The notes beneath the pieces were generated by a model. That model was not told where the DNA came from. It did no database searches and saw nothing but the letters and a program-made list of their open reading frames with translations. DNA of 59,477 bases, counting the filler, from an uncultured virus (IMG/VR IMGVR_UViG_2049941000_000270) (taxonomy: Duplodnaviria; Heunggongvirae; Uroviricota; Caudoviricetes). It is 3 parts of one record of this genome, joined end to end, with 100 filler letters (N's around TTAATTAATTAA, not from the genome) between each part and the next. Parts side by side here need not be neighbours in the genome. Positions count along the whole stretch, not along the records: positions 1 to 22,806 come from IMGVR_UViG_2049941000_000270; 2 more parts are not named here. One strand, written 5' to 3'. The first letter of the stretch is position 1, and each line of letters opens with the position of its first letter. Position numbers and translations under genes: made by a program. Shown one piece after another: positions 1-10,231 of this stretch.

Positions 1-254
1 CATCACATTATTGAATCCTAATCTCACACATTCATTATATCAGAATGACGGATTTGATTCACCTATTGATGGTTTCATTTTCAAATTCATATCAGATGAC
101 GGAATAACCAAACCTGTATCTGCCAAACTCATTGANNNNNNNNNNAGAAAGAGGAAAAACCAGAAAAGAAGGATGACACTCCAAAGGACACTGGTGAATC
201 TGAAGAAGAGGAAAAGAATGAGGAATCATCAGATGACAATCATTGATGATGTCC

Positions 255-513
255 NNNNNNNNNNATCATTCGTTGCAGATAAGTGGAGTTATGTTGCAGC
301 AAAGTTTGCCAACAGTCTCTCTGGTCAGTCTTCAAATCCTTCATATGCACATCTTTATGAAGGTCTTGTTGATGTTCTCATTGATGAGGAGAATGTAAGA
401 CTTGCCCTTAAGGATGTTCTTCTTGAGAACTCATGGAACAATGATGCAAAGTCTCTCCTTTCAGCAATTGTTGCTGAAGAGAAGGCAGAACAGGGTGAGA
501 TCAACACCAGTAT
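255..513 (+). repeat. Variant duplicate of part of the 565-1950 gene (strain variant or assembly duplicate)
   Basis: N-flanked fragment encoding SFVADKWSYVAAKFANSLSG...EQGEINTS, nearly identical to ~879-1126 with scattered SNPs. Confidence 0.85.
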
Positions 514-564
514 NNNNNNNNNNAGATTAACAAAGACATAAACATAGTAAAAGAAACTAAAGAT

Positions 565-1950
565 ATGAAACTAACACTTGAAAAATTGCACACTCAGTCT
601 GAAAAGACTATTGCAGCACTTGAAGAAATGAAGTCTGACAACAGTCTCGGTTTCTCTGCGTCAAGCGCAAAGGGAATCATTGAGAGTGCTATGGCACAGC
701 TTCAGATTTCAAATGATGACAAGACTGTTATGGAAGAGAAGATCAAGGCCGGTTACAAGATTGATGATACACTTGTAAATCCAGTTTTGAAATATACAGT
801 AACCGAAAGTCTTTACACAGCTCTTACACAGTATGATTGGATTCAGCCTGTTGCTGATTTCAGAAAGATGATTGAAGAATCATTTGTAGCAGACAAATGG
901 AGTTATGTTACAGCAAAGTTTGCTAACAGTCTTGCTGGACAGTCTTCAAATCCTTCATATGCACATCTTTATGAAGGTCTTGTTGATGCTCTCATTGATG
1001 AGGAGAATGTAAGACTTGCTCTTAAGGATGTTCTTCTTGAGAACTCATGGAACAAAGATGCAAAGGCAATCCTTTCATCAATCGTTGCAGAGGAAAAGGC
1101 AGAACAGGGTGAAATCAACACCAGTATCTATGAAAACTCAAACTGCTCTGTAAGAAAGACTATTTCTCCTCTTATTATAGATGAGAATAAGAAAGTCTTC
1201 TTCCTCAATGGTAAGAACTACATCTTCGATGGTCAAACTCTTGAAGAGGCAACTGTTACTGACAGAAAGTACAACAATGTACTTGAAGGTCTTTCAATCC
1301 TGAAGTATGAGGCAGACAAGGACAGACTTGTTTATTATGGCAAGAACAATATGGTTCTCGAATACAACTGCCAGACTGATGAGATTTCTCTCACAGGTAT
1401 TGAGGGTGTAAATGATATGTCAATCATTGACCTCAATGAGACATTGAAGAGATGCGGTATCTTTGACAGAGAGACTATAGGTAACTGTGAGAAACTTGTC
1501 AAGTTCTTTGAATCAAAGGACATCCTTGTTGAACTTGATTCACCTATCACCACTGTTCAGAGTGATAAGTTTGCCGGTGTATTTGTAACTGTTATCAATG
1601 TACAGGAGGGTGTATATGTAAATAAGGTAAATGCTGCTCTTGGTATCAATGAAATGACTTATTACAAGACTGCAAAGGAGGCTTGTGATGCAATCAGAGA
1701 CTTTATGAAGTATGATGCAACTGCAATCCTTTCAGAGAAACTCCAGGCAGAAGGAATCCAGAATGCTGTCATTGAAGCAAAGAGAAATGAAATCAATGAA
1801 ACCCTTTCATTCCTTTCAGAGAAGAGAGCACAGCTTATTGCCGGTCTCCAGGAAACCAACAACAACCAGCAGGTAAAGGAAGCACTTGAACTTGTTGAGG
1901 GTGAAATCAGAAAGTTTGAGAAGGAACTTCAGGAAACATACGAAGAGTAA
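565..1950 (+). CDS. Phage hypothetical protein with C-terminal coiled coil, probably late/virion
   Basis: 461-aa ungapped ORF; preceded by CATAAACA (537-544), a one-mismatch variant of the late motif. Confidence 0.7.
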   Translation: MKLTLEKLHTQSEKTIAALEEMKSDNSLGFSASSAKGIIESAMAQLQISNDDKTVMEEKIKAGYKIDDTLVNPVLKYTVTESLYTALTQYDWIQPVADFRKMIEESFVADKWSYVTAKFANSLAGQSSNPSYAHLYEGLVDALIDEENVRLALKDVLLENSWNKDAKAILSSIVAEEKAEQGEINTSIYENSNCSVRKTISPLIIDENKKVFFLNGKNYIFDGQTLEEATVTDRKYNNVLEGLSILKYEADKDRLVYYGKNNMVLEYNCQTDEISLTGIEGVNDMSIIDLNETLKRCGIFDRETIGNCEKLVKFFESKDILVELDSPITTVQSDKFAGVFVTVINVQEGVYVNKVNAALGINEMTYYKTAKEACDAIRDFMKYDATAILSEKLQAEGIQNAVIEAKRNEINETLSFLSEKRAQLIAGLQETNNNQQVKEALELVEGEIRKFEKELQETYEE

Positions 1951-1956
1951 TTGGTT

Positions 1957-2201
1957 ATGGAAAGGGTCAAGAGTTTCAATGAGTTCATCAATGAAACCTA
2001 CCTTGAAAAACCTGCTGATGCAGACCTTCTGAAACACAACAAGAAAAAGATGCAGAAGAATGGTTATGCTGAAGTGACAGTGATTGAAACTGTAGATGGA
2101 TTAAAGAAAGGTGACAAGGTTTTGGTTTCAGCTACCGAATTCGGTCAGTTAGGAGAAGAGTCATTTGTTACCTGTTACAAGGATGATGAAGAATACTTCA
2201 T
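1957..2201 (+). CDS. Small protein with capsid-targeting-like N-terminus (truncated by gap)
   Basis: Starts MERVKSFNEFINE; runs into N gap at 2202. Confidence 0.6.
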
Positions 2202-2245
2202 NNNNNNNNNNAGAAAAAGAACCTACAGGCAAATCCATAATATGA

Positions 2246-2277
2246 AAAATGTGGGAAACACCCACATTTTTCTTTTT
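2246..2277 (+). terminator. Intrinsic terminator
   Basis: AAAAATGTGGG-AAACA-CCCACATTTTT hairpin followed by T-rich tract. Confidence 0.75.
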
Positions 2278-2287
2278 GTTATATTTA
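2275..2287 (+). promoter_or_regulatory. Putative middle promoter TTTGTTATATTTA
   Basis: Motif recurs upstream of several non-structural genes (15871, 36528, 42644, 50503, 51124, 55577). Confidence 0.6.
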
Positions 2288-2315
2288 TTATATACAATAT
2301 ATCCATTATATTGAA

Positions 2316-2987
2316 ATGGCCAAAAAGAAAAACTATTTAAGTAATGTAGAATTAAGGGATGAAATTCTTAAATGTATAACAGATGGATATGAGAAGGCCA
2401 TATCATATGGATTTGATCCGACACTTCCACCTTATGGGTCAGACAGTTCAGAATCTGAACTGGATATACCTGTTGATGACAAGACAATAAAAATCGGTTA
2501 TCTTTTTGAAAGTGAAGATGAAGAGGTGATAGAGAAGTATAAACTTGCTATCAGTAATGGTTATATGCCTGAAAGGTCATACTGGATAAGGGAGGTAAAG
2601 GAATATGACAAGGCAGAATCTGAAGGTGAGGTTAAATCTGATGATAATCTCAAGTATCAAATGGCAAAACCTGTAGTCAGTGACAAACTTGCATATATGT
2701 TCCAACTCATTGTAGAGAATATTGCAAAGAGTTTCTACTGGGCAAATCCTGATGATGGTGAGGATTGTAAGGCCAATGCAATCCTGGATCTGTGTTCCAA
2801 TTTCTGGAAGTATGAACCTGTTGATGTGAATGGAAGACCATATAGTGCCTTTGCATTTTGCTCACAGATTGCATATTTCGGTATTGCCGGAGCCCACAGA
2901 ATACTTCACCCGAAGAAGTACAATGGAACAATATCCATTTCCTGTTTGGATGAAAACGGAAAACCATTTGAATTATACAATCTCTAA
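2316..2987 (+). CDS. T4 gp55-like late-transcription sigma factor
   Basis: NYLSNVELRDEI start; LAYMFQLIVENIAKSF...DCKANAILDLCSNFWKYEP...SAFAFCSQIAYFG pattern parallels gp55 region 2. Confidence 0.75.
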   Translation: MAKKKNYLSNVELRDEILKCITDGYEKAISYGFDPTLPPYGSDSSESELDIPVDDKTIKIGYLFESEDEEVIEKYKLAISNGYMPERSYWIREVKEYDKAESEGEVKSDDNLKYQMAKPVVSDKLAYMFQLIVENIAKSFYWANPDDGEDCKANAILDLCSNFWKYEPVDVNGRPYSAFAFCSQIAYFGIAGAHRILHPKKYNGTISISCLDENGKPFELYNL

Positions 2988-2992
2988 TCTAC

Positions 2993-3022
2993 AAAGGAGT
3001 GACCGAAAGTCACTCCTTTTTT
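2993..3022 (+). terminator. Intrinsic terminator
   Basis: AAAGGAGTGAC-CGAAA-GTCACTCCTTTTTT. Confidence 0.85.
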
Positions 3023-3030
3023 CATAAATA
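3023..3030 (+). promoter_or_regulatory. Putative late promoter CATAAATA
   Basis: One mismatch from the T4 late consensus TATAAATA; 23 nt upstream of the ATG at 3054. Confidence 0.7.
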
Positions 3031-3053
3031 CCTTATAATAGTATATATACCTT

Positions 3054-4340
3054 ATGACAGATAATTTATTTCAGAATGACCATATAACTGGTAACTCATT
3101 AATTGGATTTGAGTTCAAAGGTCAGTTCAAGGATGATGAGAATGTACTTCTCACCAAATTGAAAGATATACTCAACAGGGAAGTATCATTTTCAAACATC
3201 AAATATAAACTCCTTGAACCAACAGACCACCAGGCAGTAATGTCACTTGACGGTAGATATTGTGAAGTAAAGACACCTCAATACAGTTACTTTGAGGCAC
3301 TCTTCATTCTTCCCAAGATTCTTGAACTTCTCAAGACTCTGAAGGATGACAAAGGTTCATATCTTTACTTCAGGATTGGATTCAACAAAGAGTTCTGTGA
3401 CATCACCAACATCAATGTGATGAAGTTCATACTTGAGTTCAAGGAAGATTATATCCTGAAACACATAACAGACCTTACTCTTGACGGTAGTTTTGAGAAA
3501 CTCACAGACATTAAACCCACAGACATTGAAGCATGTATTGATGACACAAAGAAGAGAATGGATGGTCTGAAGTACACTGATTATGAAGACATCTATGGTA
3601 TTGACTTCAGTACAATCAAACTGGGTTACATCACATTTACATATGCCAGGGAAATTAACTTCAGAAACAAATGGGAAGAACTTCTCAAATGTCTGAACCA
3701 CACAATCATCACACTCTACAACACAAGTTCATCTTATGACTTCTCTGATGATGAGAAGAATAAGATTGATGAGATTGAAAAGAAATATAAAGAGACATCC
3801 CAGGCATTTGGTTGTTATGAACTCTTCAAGGAAAAATACAAGGGTATCAAACTCACTAAAGACCTCAACAATGACAGTATGGATATTGATATTATCTTCC
3901 CTGCAATCAAGGATAAACTCTTTGACATTGTAGTAAGATGTGGTATCAAGGAAGCAGAAATCAATTATGATTCAGATATTTCCAAAATTCAAATCAAGAA
4001 TATTGAAACCAAGAAATGTTATCACCTCAATGGTGTTGACATAGTTGACAGTGAACTCACCAACTGTACATTGAGAGACTGTGACCTTTATGACACAAAG
4101 GTTGAAAAGTCATCAATTATCAAATGTAATCTCTTTGGATATGCTGACTGTAAAGACTGTAAAATTAAGGATACCTTTGTAAGCAGAAACATCAAACTGA
4201 AGGATTGCAGGGTTACCGGTGCCCTTGGTAAGATGGGTGGTATTATGAAAGGTGGATCCCTTAAAGACACAACAGTTATTACATCTATGGCAGATATTGC
4301 TGATGATGTTGATAAGAACAATGTAAATGAAATCCAGTAA
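3054..4340 (+). CDS. Amidoligase-like (degenerate) protein with C-terminal beta-helix-like repeats
   Basis: IGFEF, CEVKT, GIDFSTIKLGYITF motifs resemble phage putative amidoligases; Cys-rich short repeats at C-terminus. Confidence 0.5.
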   Translation: MTDNLFQNDHITGNSLIGFEFKGQFKDDENVLLTKLKDILNREVSFSNIKYKLLEPTDHQAVMSLDGRYCEVKTPQYSYFEALFILPKILELLKTLKDDKGSYLYFRIGFNKEFCDITNINVMKFILEFKEDYILKHITDLTLDGSFEKLTDIKPTDIEACIDDTKKRMDGLKYTDYEDIYGIDFSTIKLGYITFTYAREINFRNKWEELLKCLNHTIITLYNTSSSYDFSDDEKNKIDEIEKKYKETSQAFGCYELFKEKYKGIKLTKDLNNDSMDIDIIFPAIKDKLFDIVVRCGIKEAEINYDSDISKIQIKNIETKKCYHLNGVDIVDSELTNCTLRDCDLYDTKVEKSSIIKCNLFGYADCKDCKIKDTFVSRNIKLKDCRVTGALGKMGGIMKGGSLKDTTVITSMADIADDVDKNNVNEIQ

Positions 4341-4699
4341 TGTTAAAAGACATTTATGCAATTCCTGAAGAGGAGCCAAGATATAAGAATGATGTACTTG
4401 AAATCACCGGTGAATTGGATGAAATCATACAACAGGTTGATATGATCCTCTTCACCAATAAGGGTGATGTCTTGGGTATGCCTGATTTTGGATGTAACCT
4501 CAGTAGGTATTTGTTTGACACATCATATGATGAAAACCTCATCAAACAGATAATAATGTCACAAATAAGAAGTTTCATTTACCTTGACGGGTCATACACA
4601 GTGGATGTTGATGTGAGTTTCATCAAATGGGACTACAATGTGGCAATGGTGGTGGATTTGAATATAAACAATAAAAAGGTTGCCTCATACCTGGTTTAA
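4340..4699 (+). CDS. Baseplate wedge gp25-like protein
   Basis: ILFTNKGDVLGMPDFGCNLSRYLF is the GPW/gp25 signature; 119 aa. Confidence 0.85.
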   Translation: MLKDIYAIPEEEPRYKNDVLEITGELDEIIQQVDMILFTNKGDVLGMPDFGCNLSRYLFDTSYDENLIKQIIMSQIRSFIYLDGSYTVDVDVSFIKWDYNVAMVVDLNINNKKVASYLV

Positions 4700-4703
4700 A
4701 CAC

Positions 4704-4741
4704 AAGAGATGATGTTCTATCATCTCTTTTTTTCATAAATA
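4704..4741 (+). promoter_or_regulatory. Terminator hairpin fused to late promoter CATAAATA (4734-4741)
   Basis: AAGAGATGAT-GTTCT-ATCATCTCTTTTTTT immediately followed by CATAAATA. Confidence 0.7.
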
Positions 4742-4772
4742 CTTATATAATATACCATAGACATACATAGAT

Positions 4773-6179
4773 ATGTTTTTATCAAAAACTAGACTTAAAG
4801 CCAGTGAATTGATGGAACAGGCTGTAGTATTCCTTCATAAGAAATACAACCAGGCTGCACATGTGTTCACAGCAGCATCTCCATTCGGACAGTTACTGAC
4901 AGTCATTGCTAATATGGCTGAACTCATCTTCACATATATTGCTCATACAGCAGAGGAACTCAATATCAAGACTGCCCAGAATGTGGAGACAATATATGGT
5001 CTTGCACAGATGACCGGACATGATGCTTATAGGGGTGGAAGTGCATATGGTATGATGGCTCTCAAGATAAATACATCTTCAGATCTTATTGAGGGTAATT
5101 ATGTAACCATCAATAATTTTTCAAAGTTCACAATTGCTGAAACAGGATGTACCTACTTTATAAATCTTCCAAGTGACTACATCAAACTCAATGTGACTGC
5201 TGATGATTTTGTGAATGTCAATTTTATCCAGGGTACTCCTGAAACACAGACATTTACATCTGATGGTACACCTCTCCAATCATTCAATCCTATTATAAAG
5301 TCAATGACAGACAATGATAATGTTGCTGTCACTGTAAATGGTAAGGAATGGAAGAGAGTTGACAGTCTTTATGATATGCCTGCGGATGACGGTTATGAGA
5401 GTTCAGAATGTTTCATTGTGAAGTCTTCAGTGAATGTCGGTCTTTCAATCTTCTTCGGAAANNNNNNNNNNATATGATGACAATGTGATTTACCTTAAAA
5501 TCATACCTAATGTCAAAAAGAAACTATCAAACAGTCAGGACTTCTTTGAACTTCCTACAAAGGAATTCATATTGAGTGAGTATGAAAAGGCATCCATCAT
5601 CAATGCTCTTGACAATTCAGGAAGGATGCTTGTAAACAGTGAGGTTGAAATTGTGGATCCTACTGTAAAGAAATATGTGATCAATATCATTGTAAGATAC
5701 TTTGAAGACATTGATAAGACTCAGATAAGGGCAAGTATCAGGTCTCTTCTTAACAAATACTATCTCAACATCAACAGAAATGACATTGTTCCTCTTTCTG
5801 ACATCATATCTCTTGTGGAGGGTGTAGATGGTGTTGACACCTGTGATGTGTTCTTTGTAAATGAGGAAAATGAAAGGGCAATCCTGAATGGTTACTATTA
5901 TACCAATGAGATGTCCTGGAATGGTCTTGAATATACAGAGAATCAAAAGAAAGTATATGTGAACTATGATGAAGACCCAAGAATAGGTTTTGATGATTTC
6001 GGTAACCTGAAAGTAAATGAATATGAGGTCTTCATTCCAAAAGGTGGATGGAAGGATAGAGACGGAAACTATTATACAGAAACACCGGAAGATGGTAAAC
6101 TCGGTCCTCTCAACATATTCTTCATAGATAAGGTTGACAGTTCATCATACAACCTTGGTATGCAGAGAAAACTCAATAC
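4773..6179 (+). CDS. Baseplate wedge gp6-like protein (N- and C-terminal fragments separated by gap)
   Basis: ELNIKTAQNVETIYGLAQMTGH, QG...QTFTSDGTPLQSF, LSIFFG and EVEIVDP...LSDIISLVEGVDGVD motifs; follows gp25. Confidence 0.7.
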
Positions 6180-6856
6180 NNNNNNNNNNTTGAAACCATT
6201 GTACCCCCTACACTGGGTAGTAACTTTGAAGACCCTGAATTTACAAAGATGGTTGCACCAAAGGCAAGTAAGTCATTTGTTCTGGCAACCCCGGAAAACT
6301 ATGTAAGTTACCTTTCAAAGTACAACCAGTATTCATTCATATATGCTTATAACACAAAGGATGATGCTAATGTNNNNNNNNNNGGGAGGGTTCTATTTAT
6401 CTTCCCAAGGTAAGTGTTGGTCTTTATGCAAACACAACAATCTATGTCCTTGAGAAAATAAGTAATTCAACTGGTTTCTCATATTCAAATGAAACATTTG
6501 ATGTTATAGAAGATATAGATACATCAAATTATAACAATGAGTATTTCTTTCCAAAAGGTACAGGTAAGATAAAATTCAAATGGGATCCCCTTAATACATT
6601 TGTTGATGAGTTCTTTATGTTTAACTTTGATGAGTCTTATACTCTCAAAGAAACATCATCACTTATATACACACCAAATGATGGTCCNNNNNNNNNNGAT
6701 GGAGGATAACACAAGTAAATATCTCCAGAAGAATCCCAATATGAGACAGTTCTTTCCATATTTGAATAAGATTATGTCTCACCTCATCAACAGTGTAAAG
6801 TATTTGAGAAACTTCAATAACTATGCTGTAAGAAAAGACTACAAAAGAATTGACTA

Positions 6857-9159
6857 ATGAATATAGACAATTTACATTTTTTTGATAGTAACGGTTACGA
6901 ACTTAATTTTGAACAGAATTCTGACGGANNNNNNNNNNNNNNNNNNNNNNNNNNNNNNNNNNNNNNNNNNNNNNNNNNNNNNNNNNNNNNNNNNNNNNNN
7001 NNNNNNNNNNNNNGGCAAATGAAAATGATGATGCCACAACATACAACAGGACTCTCATAATGTCTTATGAAGGTGAGACTGTTGCAAAGATAAAGTTCTA
7101 TGCCGAGACTGTTGAAGAAGATGAAAGACTGAAGATATGGAATGACAACCTTGGATATAACATCACTCCAGAAGATGAGATGTTGTTTTACAAGAGTGAC
7201 ATCAAAGAATACAAACCTGATTATATACTCCTTAATGAAAAGAGAAAGGAACTTATGATGGAAGGTAGTAATATCTATCCTTATATAGGATCATACAAGG
7301 CCATCATAAATGCCATCAAGTTCTTTGGTTACAGTAATCTTAACATAATTGAATACTGGAGAAATGTGAATCCGGATGATGAGAATTTTGGTAAGGTATA
7401 TCACAGTTCAAAATACAGTCTCACAAATAAGGAGACATTGAATATTGGTGCAAGAACAATTACTCTTCCAAATAAGGGTTATAAGAAAATCAATTCTCTT
7501 GCCCTTGTCTATTCTATCAACAAACCTTTACAGGAAACAGATGAGATGGATCTTCCTCTTGTAAAGGAACAATTCACATACACCATTGAAGAGGCTCTCA
7601 TAAAACTCTTTGGATTAAGAAAGAAACTCAACAAGGAGTTTATGCCTGGTAGTAGCAGAATTGTTGATATTATTGGTGAGGCAAATTATTTTAGTCAGTA
7701 TGGTATTGTGAAGGTACATGACAAACAATGTACAATAAAAACTAAAAAAAGATATTCTGCTGATTTTGAAATTGTAAACAAATATGTACATATAACAGAT
7801 GATGAAAGTAGTGAATCAGAAAGTACTGAATGTTCAGCAAAAGTAATTTTGAAAAACACATCATTTGAACCTGTCACATTTGAAAATTGTGATTTGAAAT
7901 TCAATTGTATAAACAACCCATTGGGATTATTTAATAAAGAATCATCAGAGTTTAAGATNNNNNNNNNNNNNNNNNNNNNNNNNNNNNNNNNNNNNNNNNN
8001 NNNNNNNNNNNNNNNNNNNNNNNNNNNNNNNNNNNNNNNNNNNNNNNNNNNNNNNNNNNNNNNNNNNNNNNNNNNNNNNNNNNNNNNNNNNNNNNNNNNN
8101 NNNNNNNNNNNNNNNNNNNNNNNNNNNNNNNNNNNNNNNNNNNNNNNNNNNNNNNNNNNNNNNNNNNNNNNNNNNNNNNNNNNNNNNNNNNNNNNNNNNN
8201 NNNNNNNNNNNNNNNNNNNNNNNNNNNNNNNNNNNNNNNNNNNNNNNNNNNNNNNNNNNNNNNNNNNNNNNNNNNNNNNNNNNNNNNNNNNNNNNNNNNN
8301 NNNNNNNNNNNNNNNNNNNNNNNNNNNNNNNNNNNNNNNNNNNNNNNNNNNNNNNNNNNNNNNNNNNNNNNNNNNNNNNNNNNNNNNNNNNGATGTAACT
8401 TTAATGCTTAATTATAGTAATCTTCCAGAGCCAATAAAAAAGACAAAGAAAAAGTGTGTAAAGGTTGAACCTTATAATATTAATCTCCTTGGTTTCTATT
8501 ATGATGCAAGAAATCTTCCTGAATCATTACAATATGATATGGATGACAATTTAAAAAATTTTATTCAAGAACATATAGAACATCTGACAAATGAGGCAGT
8601 TGATGAAAGACAGGTATCAGATAATGGAGAATTTTCAATGCCAAAGGGTTCCAATCCTGGTCCATATTTCAATGACAACATTGATAACAACTGGATTATT
8701 GGAGATAATTTAACAGAAGATATTGTAGATCTTATACCTCATTATTATTACACAAGATTTATCAAGAGTGGTGTTGATGTAAAACCATTCACATGGTTTT
8801 TACTCACATATGACTATGGAAAAATAGTAGGTGTTAAGGATGAGGAAGATCGGAAGAGCGGTTCAGCAGGAATGCCGAGACCGATATCNNNNNNNNNNGC
8901 TGAAGAAGGTGATACAAAAACCTGGACTTGGACAGGTCAATATTTGACATTCTTACTTAAAAAGGAAGGAAACTATACAATTAAACTAACTCTTACAGAT
9001 AAACATAATAATAAGTATGAAGTATCCAGAAATATCATTGTTGTAAGTAAATCAGCAAATTATAAGTTATATCAGACATTCAAAAAAGAATATGATTATA
9101 TGATTCAGCAGGATGAATTAAATGCTCTTAATGAATATTATTTGATTGATAGAGAATAA
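6857..9159 (+). CDS. Large virion/baseplate structural protein (gapped), C-terminal PKD-like segment
   Basis: IYPYIGSYKAIINAIKFFGY resembles baseplate wedge/tail I-like motif; KEGNYTIKLTLTDKHNNKY is PKD-like; several N gaps. Confidence 0.5.
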
Positions 9160-9175
9160 ACTGAATAACTTTTAT

Positions 9176-9183
9176 CATAAATA
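9176..9183 (+). promoter_or_regulatory. Putative late promoter CATAAATA
   Basis: Exact motif in intergenic AT-rich spacer. Confidence 0.65.
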
Positions 9184-9214
9184 TATTATAATACATTCAT
9201 AAAACAAATTGATT

Positions 9215-10180
9215 ATGGAAGAAAAAGAAAAAGACATTGTTGAACCAGTAGTCGAATCTACATCAGAAGACAATGCTACACCTGTAGTTGAATCAACACA
9301 GGAGAAAGATCAAGATGAAAATGAAACAGTTGATAATAACACTGAAACAGATCCAGAACCTGTTACAACAGATGAACCAACTCCAGAACCAGAACCAGTA
9401 GCAGAACCTACTGAACCAGAATCCGGTGTTGAACCATCAGAATCAGTGACAGAACCAGTGGGAACCGAACCAATAGTTTCAGAACCTGTTGTTACTGAAC
9501 CTATTACAACTGACCCTGTTGTTACTGATGCACCAGTAGAAGACCCAACACTTGCAACAACTGATGAGGTTATTCCTGCACCTGTTGATATTCCTGCTGA
9601 ACAGACAGTAACTGATGACCCTGTAACAATAATTCCAGCAGAACCTGCACCTGTTGGTGTACCAGATGAAACCATTGGTGCAGATGCAGAAGGTGCTGAT
9701 GGTTCATGCTGTGGTTGTGATTCAGATGCTTGTGTATGTTCACCAGAATCACCTGTAACTGTTGCTCATCTGTTTGGTACACTTCAGGAGTGTGTAACTA
9801 TTATCTGGAGATTTCATCTTAAGACAAGAAAACATCATGTTCATGTTGACCTTGCTGATTTCTATGAGAGCGCTCTTGATAAGATTGACAACATCATTGA
9901 ACAATACCAGGGTATCTGTGGTATAGTTGAGGATCCTTTCGTTAACTGTATTGTAGGTGATGGTAAGGATGAGGTTTCCTATCTCCAGGAACTTAAAGCA
10001 TTTGTTGAAAATAATAAGTGTATTATTGGTGGTAGTTGTGAAATCAATTCTGCAATAGATGATTTCCTTGGTCTTATTGATACAACCCTTTATAAACTCA
10101 CATCATTTACAGAGAGTGCAGTAAAGTCATTTGAAGAGTTTATATATGAGGACTATAATGAACAGTCAGAAGAAGAGTAA
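9215..10180 (+). CDS. Acidic Pro/Glu/Thr-rich protein with C-terminal Dps/ferritin-like (DUF5856-like) domain
   Basis: Low-complexity EPV/TEP N-terminus; FHLKT...HVDLADFYESALDKIDNIIEQYQG...INSAIDDFLGLIDTTLYKL matches phage Dps-like bundle. Confidence 0.7.
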   Translation: MEEKEKDIVEPVVESTSEDNATPVVESTQEKDQDENETVDNNTETDPEPVTTDEPTPEPEPVAEPTEPESGVEPSESVTEPVGTEPIVSEPVVTEPITTDPVVTDAPVEDPTLATTDEVIPAPVDIPAEQTVTDDPVTIIPAEPAPVGVPDETIGADAEGADGSCCGCDSDACVCSPESPVTVAHLFGTLQECVTIIWRFHLKTRKHHVHVDLADFYESALDKIDNIIEQYQGICGIVEDPFVNCIVGDGKDEVSYLQELKAFVENNKCIIGGSCEINSAIDDFLGLIDTTLYKLTSFTESAVKSFEEFIYEDYNEQSEEE

Positions 10181-10197
10181 ATCAAATACCTGATAAA

Positions 10198-10231
10198 CAA
10201 AAAGAGAGAACTTGATGTTCTCTCTTTTTTT
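10198..10231. terminator. Bidirectional intrinsic terminator
   Basis: AAAAAGAGAGAAC-TTGAT-GTTCTCTCTTTTTT between convergent genes. Confidence 0.8.

Noticed and set aside
9300..9680. Short degenerate DNA repeats (GAACCA-rich) that could suggest a CRISPR or tandem array
   Set aside because: They are codon-level repeats of a Glu/Pro/Thr-rich protein segment with no constant repeat-spacer structure.
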